64,000 nt of DNA from a virus: positions 8,400-72,399 of the IMG/VR virus record IMGVR_UViG_3300042564_003366; one strand, 5' to 3'. Below are positions 50,801-58,900 of the stretch, in pieces. Position 1 is the first letter of the stretch; each line of letters opens with the position of its first letter. A program made the translations under genes and the position numbers. The notes under the pieces were generated by a model. That model did no database searches, was not told where the DNA came from, and was given only the letters and a program-made list of their open reading frames with translations.

Positions 50801-52828
50801 GGAATATATGAGATTGATATAACGACTAATAATGGCTTGGAAACTTTATTATTTATGCTTCCAAATAATGGAGGGAATATTGTTTCAGAGGTCAATGGGG
50901 ATATTTTATATAATCCTACAAATGGTAATTATATTATTATATATAATACAATATATAGGGATAGTGGTGTTATTGAACATTATATTGGTGAGTTCTCATC
51001 AAATGGTTCATTGTTGAATAGGGTTACATTAAGTAGGGATGATTTCTATAGCATTTTTGCACAAAATCAGAAAACGTATGTTACTACAGTGACAAATGAG
51101 ATATTTGAATTAAACTCAAATTTTGATTTAGTTTATTTTGGTTTAATGGATGATATTAGCCTTAGAGGTGCGGCCAATTTAGAAAGTGCTATAATGCCAA
51201 TTCCACAACCTTCTATAACCCCATCAAAAACCCCATTCCCAACTAGAACAGCCACAAGGAGTGTAACCCCAACTAGAACGGTAACAAGAACTATATCAAG
51301 AACTCCAACACCAACTAAATCATTAACACCAAGCATTTCAATCACACCAACCATAACACCAAGTATATCTATAACTCCGACTATAACACCAACTATATCA
51401 AATACAAGGCCATTTGTTCCATCATTTTGTTCAAATTGTCAACCATCTGGACAATGGAGGCAGTATAATGCAGATTGTTGTTACCTTGTTGAAACATTAC
51501 AAGTCAATACTCCAACATCAAATATTTATACAACTTCACCAAGCAAGTCTAATAATTACTCTATGTATGGTGCAAGATTTTATAATGATGGTTTCACAAA
51601 GGATGGTAGGGGCGAGATTTCTTATTTCTCAAATACATTAGACATTTGGGCAAACACATATTCACAAGATGGGTTTGGTCCTATGAATAGGAGCGGTGTT
51701 TGGGCAAGTAATATTGAAAATAAATGGGTAGGATTTGCAATTCCATTGGGTGGTAATGTTTCTGGAAAAAGATATTGGATTGGTATTGGAGCAGAAAATA
51801 ACTTCAAGATTATTTTAAATGGGGTTGAATTAATCAATACCACAACACCTCCAGCAACATATCCATTAACTGGGGATTCATATAAGTATTGGCATGTATA
51901 TCCAATTGATGTGTTTGCTGGAACAAGCATACTTGAAGTATATGGCTTAAATGATACTTATGGTTCATTTGGCTGCGAGGTATATGATAAGGATGTTTAT
52001 GATTTGATAAATGCAACATCAGTTGATAACTTGAATATTGTGTTTTCAACAATAACTAAACCTAATTTTGAGTTGGTTCAAAATTTATCAAACATATATT
52101 TAACAAATGGTTTTTCTTGTGCTACCAATTTCTCATATTCATCAATAAATAATAATTGCCAAAAGATATTAACTTGTTGTGATACGCCATCAGTTTCTTT
52201 GACACCTAGTGTATCAATAACGCCAACAAAAAGTGTTACAATTTCACTCACACCATCAAGACCAATACCAACATATTACCAATCAACACTAAGTATTGTA
52301 ATAGATAGTGGTATCTGTGATAGTTGGGGAGTTATACCATTTGTTGATAAAGATTCTGTTTGTTCTAACTATAATGAATGTTTTACTGGTGTTACATCAT
52401 CAAGCAGTGTTTCTTTATATATGACAAACAAAAGGACTCCACAAACACCAATAGTTGGGGATTTATTGTATGATTCAAATGGTGTAAAACCCCAAGCAGG
52501 TTGGTATATAACAAAAGATGGAATTACAAACAACACAAAGGTTATTTTTGTAAATTCAATTGGTATGTTATCTTCTTCTGAATTTTGTTTTGAAACCAAA
52601 ATAGCAAAAGGGCAAACCAATAATTCTTGTTCATCTTTGATTTATGATACAATAACAATTTATAAAACTTACAATTATCTTACAAATGTTTCAAAATTAT
52701 ATAGAAGCCAAACAAATGCCCAAATGGGAGTTTCTGATTGGAATGGTTGGTACTATTTTGTGGCTGTTGATAGTAAAGTATTAACCATTGATTTTGATGG
52801 TGTTATTATTAATATTGAGCAATGTTAA
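44900..52828 (+). CDS. giant (2642 aa) modular surface/fibre protein: Thr/Pro tracts, one SprB-like repeat, BNR-type and other propellers, four copies of a DTGY module
   Basis: S.DGI.W repeats (YSYDGINW, TSPDGISW, YSNDGITW, TSEDGIKW), KGGTPQY...LKPGVYEIRVVD, two PWTYSYSR modules, multiple TP tracts. Confidence 0.8.
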   Translation: MAYKIISLGTPGQIDVPSTCLGTTGLTKYIDETFAITNGLIIYNDTNLTTRTYTSNPGGYSLIIDGLFKYAVTFDESGTVSVVTSCGIPASLTPTPTISITPTISITPTITPTISITPTISITPTITPTNTITPTITITSSVTPTAGLSPTPTTSLTPTITPTITPTITISPTISLTPKSTPIGPECDIPITILPLEVICDPTDATWPNCDDGQISLKIKGGTPQYKIYINGVLTTEDPIINLKPGVYEIRVVDFYGDYIVVIFCEVKCPSPISPTPTKSVTPSRVTPTPTKSVTPSRVTPTPSKTRVTPTPTMTPSPSGQPCVVMLMGVDDKLLYSFSLIGENWYETPEPKIFDVAAYSAAHNGVSTWVVGGEATEARLAYSYDGINWTSIANGSSIFESRCSVVIHDGSKFIAGGGGDYGGQIATSPDGISWTVVAEDLFDGGDCLTLSYNGSIYVAGGSGFITSLAYSNDGITWLPIAGSGALMLLVKSIATNCSGFVAVGGNTDNSPTGNTILTSEDGIKWVGEGVDDIGTGNSVVWNGSNWVAGGESFGGVLSSYIVSSDSHTWTPIEFDTIVTALHWNNRRLFYGGEPDGNLPIKNLYKTAPQPGSYTDKSDLITPYAQNMVNFISSRYSGCLGYNEDCIPPEPSLSVTPSITPTITPTKSITRTPSITPSITPTISITPSITPTISITPTITPSISVTRTVTPTISITKTPTPTTTTQPDECVVLVVVPNVPNNPLVSDGVKVYRFKVDTGATTLYADLKDVNNDPIFANDIAMTETKFWLYNASNPNIIHEYNITRLLNPWTYSYSRKITADVNLGKGLAAKNNTTLIGGGYTLDSNNVSTIYEFDISGSQATKKPLFDLPGGGSIVEGDLYYNKQNGVIYAVYYRLINDPNNPGQQLLESNIGMFDPNKNGANKLVRNYTLPFSGVLTIFVDRGRLFIVENQEDTKNVVYQIDWVTLAPTLFNVNVGLTDLFRGGAESDDCRKILCNELVKSQDYGNYGFPIEFEIQLDRLVGGTVNFKYTSADKPTRFILVFDGQPIVDTGYVGAPIYGHKVPPQTAERNLFTTSLNGKIDPITGNFYPNSSTTDPAPDNFPNINQTALKSFIKNSSTSTLVVRVYAPLDQTIWSFEVSCPIPPTPTPTRTKIVPSLTPTPTRPDPDGCIPCNNNVQIKGTQTYGKKYCIIVPNNGLVEFYFETYVNPDRFIIEYEGEIIGDTGFVGLEADSATPGFGRGGGNRLFFQRGVVNDLEPITNITYPNILARDTYKTPPNDDSVGYPVVHSVSYTPEQIQGNPMPFVKVSTGYNNCDFCLYGPCRGQGLTDSKCGTISFVKNGVSDKIYVYAYGPESNTEWFFRMKCPQPYKCDQVVYPDTTFNCYYSTYAISGDTVPGLVRFESISKNTPVRFILRDLNKTQVVDTGYIGDLKYNIGGGERNIFNTSLVGKLDPYLNQNYPIAYDAQNPRHIKIAADGYPIVYATNEFEEYFYKKDNQPITAYVDVFDPLCQYDWEFIVLCPCELDCFDDPTPPDPSVSVTPLNSITPTPTITKTITSTPSVTPTVGLSPTPTRTQAQQLDCFDCSNVQYAGGQVYPARYCFNIGTDINQVVPLNFNTINYPDRYIVKFDNNFVIDTGYVGSTGYGYGEPLRGDFISTLLGKIDPISGLGYPDVNIPNTESDGFPIIFGSKVTSRNFVKNTNTNIVYVEVYAPMLTTQWSFSLGCGVNNPDELIQNSVLSPTLTPMPSITPTLTQTNNPYANICRVFSAGRDLTGNNRCLVACETSSQIFGKYLTFNGSIGSIYYANQTACETNNQRLWGFERTFVVNGICYTINDSGAIVSSTLCQVVTPTPTPSITQTNSSQELINASIVLGITFTGVYRIYFNQNLSGVTQTDKLVNLPDNNYTDIAISGTKLWLNSILNNSIDEYNITLSPWTYSYSRTINISNYLASGNGLAYKSSNVLISGNQGIYEIDITTNNGLETLLFMLPNNGGNIVSEVNGDILYNPTNGNYIIIYNTIYRDSGVIEHYIGEFSSNGSLLNRVTLSRDDFYSIFAQNQKTYVTTVTNEIFELNSNFDLVYFGLMDDISLRGAANLESAIMPIPQPSITPSKTPFPTRTATRSVTPTRTVTRTISRTPTPTKSLTPSISITPTITPSISITPTITPTISNTRPFVPSFCSNCQPSGQWRQYNADCCYLVETLQVNTPTSNIYTTSPSKSNNYSMYGARFYNDGFTKDGRGEISYFSNTLDIWANTYSQDGFGPMNRSGVWASNIENKWVGFAIPLGGNVSGKRYWIGIGAENNFKIILNGVELINTTTPPATYPLTGDSYKYWHVYPIDVFAGTSILEVYGLNDTYGSFGCEVYDKDVYDLINATSVDNLNIVFSTITKPNFELVQNLSNIYLTNGFSCATNFSYSSINNNCQKILTCCDTPSVSLTPSVSITPTKSVTISLTPSRPIPTYYQSTLSIVIDSGICDSWGVIPFVDKDSVCSNYNECFTGVTSSSSVSLYMTNKRTPQTPIVGDLLYDSNGVKPQAGWYITKDGITNNTKVIFVNSIGMLSSSEFCFETKIAKGQTNNSCSSLIYDTITIYKTYNYLTNVSKLYRSQTNAQMGVSDWNGWYYFVAVDSKVLTIDFDGVIINIEQC

Positions 52829-52883
52829 AAAAACAAAAATATGTCTATATATATAATATGAGCAAAATGATAAAATAACTATT

Positions 52884-52891
52884 TATTTATA
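52884..52891 (+). promoter_or_regulatory. TATTTATA candidate late promoter
   Basis: Starts 23 nt before ATG 52907. Confidence 0.6.
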
Positions 52892-52906
52892 TAATTTTAA
52901 AATTAA

Positions 52907-55900
52907 ATGAGTTTAGATAAAGGATTTAGTCCAGAATTGTTAAAAAAATTAACAGAAAAACATTTTAATGAATCATCTGAAAATGTTATAGGTGTATTAT
53001 ATGGTTACAAACAAAAATCAAATGTTCTTACTGATAATTTGAGTTTGGTTTTCTTTGTCAAAGAAAAAAAACCAATATCTGAAATACCTGAATCTGAATT
53101 AATTCCAAAAGAAATTAATTTTAATGGACAGACATTCATAACTGATGTTCAAGAATCCAACTATGAATTATTATCTTGTTTATCTGATAACTTTAATTGT
53201 GATAATTTAAATGTACCTAATAGGGGTCAAATATTACCTTTAGAGGGGGGTATATCAATATCAAACTCTATACAAGCACTTGCCCCAGGCACTGGCACAA
53301 TGGGTTTATTAGCCATTGATTTGGATAGTTATTCATTGGTTGGGATATCAAATAACCACGTTTTAGTTGGTGATTCAGCATTCTATACAAAATATAGAAA
53401 TACAAATGCTATCGCTACAAATATTTTCGGAAACGAGATTGTTCAACCTGGTTATGCGGATAGAGCACCAAGAGATGTTATAGGTGTAGTTAAGAAATAC
53501 GATCCAATTAGACCATATCCAGAATTAAATTATTCAGACTCAGCAGCGTTAGCAATAGATGACCCCTCAATAATTGATTTTGTTCGTTCATTTAAGCAAT
53601 ATGATTTAAATTCATTATCTGGACCATTTGAATTTGCAACAACAGAAGAGATTGATAGATTATTATCAATTGATTATAATACGGCAAAGATATATAGTAC
53701 TGGTAGAAGTACGGGTTCAAAGGGGGAAAATGGCGAGATGCAACTTAGAATTGCTGGTTTATTTGGTAATGTTTTAGTTAATTTTCCAAATCAACTAACA
53801 AATGTCCCAATAGTATTGGCTGACAACATATTTTTCTATGGTATGTCAGATAATGGGACAATATGTGATTATAGTGTTTGTAAAGGTGATTCTGGATCAG
53901 CATTAGTTGCAGAAATAAATGGTAAATACAAAATAATTGGTATAGTTTGGGGAGGGGATTCAAGCCCAGGTGGTTATGGTATTGCAAGTAGAATAGATAG
54001 AATTGCATCAGCATTAAATATTGGTCCTTGGTTGGGTCAAACAGATGTTAATTTTTCAGATACTAGTAAAATTGAATTAAAAATTGTTGAAGGTATTAAT
54101 GATATTAAAACAATAAATTCAGAAGGTAAAACTTTTTGGCAAATTGGTGCTTATACCCCAATAACTTTTGATTTATTTGATGAATATGCGGGAGACAGAC
54201 CAAATGATATCCCAGATTATGTTGATTTTGTATCAATTAGACAAGATGTTGTTGATTTTTTATTTTTACAGAAGTTTGAAAAATTAAATCTTAATGTCCC
54301 ATTTGAGGGGTCAACACTTACTTTGAATTTAAATGCACAAAGTTTTTATAGCAATGAACCATTTAAGACATCAAGTGGGTTAATATTAGAACAAACATCT
54401 ATTTCATATATTGGGGAGATTGATGGTTATTTAAATTCTAATGCTTTAGTATTAATAACAAATAGTAATGTTAAAATACTAGCAACATATGAGAATCATT
54501 CAGTAGTGTTTGAAAATTATGAAAGTAATTTATATAGTACTTGGGATTCTTTTGATGTGCAATCAACTAAGGGTTTTTTATTAGGTGGTTGTGTAATGCT
54601 AACCCCCGAAGAGGGGGAATTTCAAGTATTAGAAAAAATAACAAATGAATTTAGTACAAATCAATTAACCGAAAAAGTAGTAACAGTACAATTACATACC
54701 CACTATAATTTATATCAACAAGCTGGGGGTAATGTAGGTGTAGTACAAAGTTATTTAGATTGGTTAACTTTAAATGTTGGAAGAATAATACAAAAAGAAT
54801 TTTCTGGTATTTTCAGATTAGAATTCTCATTTATTATTTGGAATACTCCATCACCATTTAGACCATACCTATATAGTGGTTCATTTGCATTTCAAGATTA
54901 TATAGGTGCGCAACCAAACACACATTGTTTGTATCATTTATTAGTTGAAAATACGACAGATGGTGGGTCTGGCGGTGTTGCTTACGTTTCAGCACTTTGT
55001 AAACCTAACAAGGAAAGAACAGGTGCCTCAGGAGTAATTGATTTAAGTAGTAGGGTGGATTATCCCAATTATGACTGGGGGGTTAATGTTGTTGCGCATG
55101 AATTAGGACATAATTTAGGAACAATACATACACATGATTGCGTATGGAATGGTAATAATACAGCCATAGATGGTTGTTATCCACCAAATTGTTCTGCATT
55201 AGAGCAGTATCCAGCAAATAAGGGTACTATTATGTCATATTGCCACACAATAGGTGGTGTGGGTGTTGATTTAAATTTAGGATATGGCCCGCAACCAAGA
55301 CAAGCAATAATTAATCATATTACAGCTGCAAATAATGCTGGCTGTTGCTTTAGTGAGCCACAAGTTACAAGAACGCCAACACCAACAATATCAGTTACAA
55401 AGTCAATTACACCAACTATATCAAAAACACCAAGACCAACACAATCAAGTGTTGTATGTCCTCCGCCTTTCTGTCCTATGATTGGACCATATAGTTACCC
55501 AACATATCCTGATTATAAAATGTATGATATTACATCTAATTTAGGTTATGTTTTTTTAGATTCTGTTATACCAGGTAATGTTGCTAGATTTATAGTGAAC
55601 TATGATAACGCTATAGTTATTGATACTTTTTACATTAGTGATACTCCAGATGATTACAACATTGGTGGTAGTAAAAGAGCTGACTTTATAGCATCTTTAA
55701 CATCAAAATTAGATCCAATCACAGGTAATGTCTATCCAAATTCTGGGGGGATTGATATTGATACAGATGGTTACCCCATTGTCACTCAAAATTTAGGTAG
55801 TTATTATTTTGATAAAACTACAAAAACACCAACAAATGTTATTGTTAATGTTTATGCCCCATATTTTGATGGTACGCCTTGGCAATATTGTTTAGAGTGC

Positions 55901-58900
55901 CCAACACCTACTGAAACTCCAACACCCACGCCAACAATTACACCAACAAGAACTCAAACACCGACAATTACACCAACAATTTCACAAACACCAACAATCA
56001 CGCCAACAATTTCACAAACACCAACAATAACACCAACAGGAACTCAAACGCCAACAATTACTCCAACTTCAACAATTACACCAACCATTTCACAAACACC
56101 AACTATAACGCCAACTCCTGGATTATCAGCAAGCCCAACACCAACAATTAGTTTAACTATATCAATTACACCAACAATTACACCAACCATTACCCCAACA
56201 ATATCAATAACACAAAGTGTAAGTCCAACAGTTACGCCAACAATATCAATAACACAAAGTGTAACTCCAACAGTTACACCAACAAACATTTGTGTATTGA
56301 ATGGTGATTTAGTTGAAATTTGTGATTGTGAATGTTACACATATATTTTAATATCTGGTCCTTATCCAGAGTCAGATGCACCATTTAATTTTTACACATA
56401 TAATTGCTGTGAATCAAATCAAATCATAATAGATATATTACCACCAAGTTCATCTATTATTATTTGTGCTAGAAATAATTCAATAAATGTTGGTTTAGAA
56501 ATTAATTTAATAAAACAAAAATGTTGTGTTCTTGATGATGGGCCATGTATTGTATCATTAACACCAACCCCTACAAATACGCCAACAATTAGTATAACAC
56601 CTACAAATACGCCAACAATTAGTATAACACCAACAATCACACCAACAATTAGTATAACGCCAACAATTACTCCTACTATTTCACAAACACCAACAATCAC
56701 ACCAACAATTAGTATAACGCCAACAATTACTCCTACTATTTCACAAACACCAACAATCACACCAACAATTTCACAAACGCCAACAATTACACCAACAATT
56801 TCACAAACGCCAACAATTACACCAACAATTACACCAACAATTTCACAAACACCAACAATCACGCCAACAATTTCACAAACACCAACAATCACGCCAACAA
56901 TTTCACAAACACCTTCAATAACACCAACAATATCAATTTCACCAAGTATAACTCCAACAATCACACCTACCATATCAATTTCAGCAAGCGTAACTCCTAC
57001 CATATCAATTACACCAACAATTACACCAACAATTTCACAAACACCAACAATTACACCAACAATTTCACAAACTCCAACAATTACACCAACAATTTCACAA
57101 ACGCCAACAATTACACCGACAAACAACTCTGATTGTAAACTTTGTGACTCAGAAGACGTTTATGATGGGGATAACGCATACCCATCAATTACATGTATTA
57201 ATGTAACTACACAAACAAACTTAGAGGTTTGTTTAATGCCTGACCCAGTTGGAATACCTGATAGATTTATTGTAATATTTGATGGTATTGTTGTTATTGA
57301 CACTGGATACCTTTCAAATGTTTCATCTCTTTATATTGTTGGTGGTGATGCTAGGCCTTATTTCCAAGCATCACTAATTGGGAAGGTTGATCCTATTACA
57401 AAACTCACATATCCAAATGTAAATATACCAGATAGTGATACTGATGGTTTTCCAATAGTTAGATTTTATCAATATAAAAGATTTTGTTTTTTTAAAACAA
57501 CGCCTACAACTTTTGCATATGTAAATGTTTATGGTCCAGATTCAGGTACTTATTGGGAATTTACTTTAAAATGTCCAGCACTACCTGAAACATCACAAAC
57601 TCCAACTCCAACTAAAACCATTACACCAACTATAAGTATAACTCCAACAATCACAACAAGTATATCAATAACGCCAACTATAACACCAACCAAGACCATT
57701 AGCCCAAGTAGAACTGCAACAATAACACCAACAATCACAATAACTCCAACAATAACACCAACACCTGGATTAAGTTTGACACCAACACCAACGATATCAG
57801 TTTCAAAATCAATTACACCAACAATTTCACAAACACCAACAATTACACCAACAAATAACTCTGATTGTCAGCTTTGTGACTCAGATGTTCCTTATGGTGG
57901 GGGTCAATCATACCCATCAAATATATGTATTATTTTAACTGGAGAAACAAACTTAGAGGTTTGCTTAATACCTAATCCACGTTCAATCCCTGACAGATTT
58001 ATTGTAATATTTGATGGTATTGTTGTTATTGACACTGGATACCTTTCAGATTCGCCAAGTATTTATAGTGTTGGTGGGCCTTTTAGGGTTGATTTTCAAT
58101 CATCGCTACTTGGGAGGGTTGACCCTATTACAAATCTTGCATATCCAAATTTGAATATACCAGACAGCGACACTGATGGTTTTCCAAAAGTTAGATTAGC
58201 AAATTATAAAAAATTTTGTTTCCTTAGAACAACACCTACAACTTTTGCATTTGTAAATATTTATGGTCCAGATAGACAGACTGCTTGGTTTTTTGTTTTA
58301 AAATGTCCAACACCTGAGGTGTCACAAACACCAACCCCAACTAAGACAATTTCATTAACGCCAACACCAACAAAAACTCAAACACCAACACCAACGGTAA
58401 CACCAACAAATTGTGTAATACCTGAATTTTGCGCAACTTGTGGTCCAGAATGCTGGCAAATACTTAATGACGATTGTTGTTATAAAGTAGATACGGTTCC
58501 AGTTATACCACCAACATTATTATATACTGCCATAGACACACCATCCACAGTTTATTCAATATTCGGTAGTTTATTTTATAATACCAATTTTAATGTTAAT
58601 GGTACAGGTAGTTATGCAGGAACTTCAACAACTTATAATATATGGTCAAATCCAAGACAAGAAATAAATGTTGGGCCATTAAATAGATGTGCTAAATGGA
58701 CGGATCAAAACGCAGGTAGTTTTCTACCTTTGAATCAATGGATTGGATTTTCAGCTTGTTTAAATTCATTCACAGAAGATAAACAATATTGGGTTGGTAT
58801 TGCTGGGGACAATAATTTTAGACTTGTTTTAGATGGGGTTGAGATATTAAATTCAATAACAGGTCCATTCAATAATCGAACAACGGCTTTTAATTATTGG

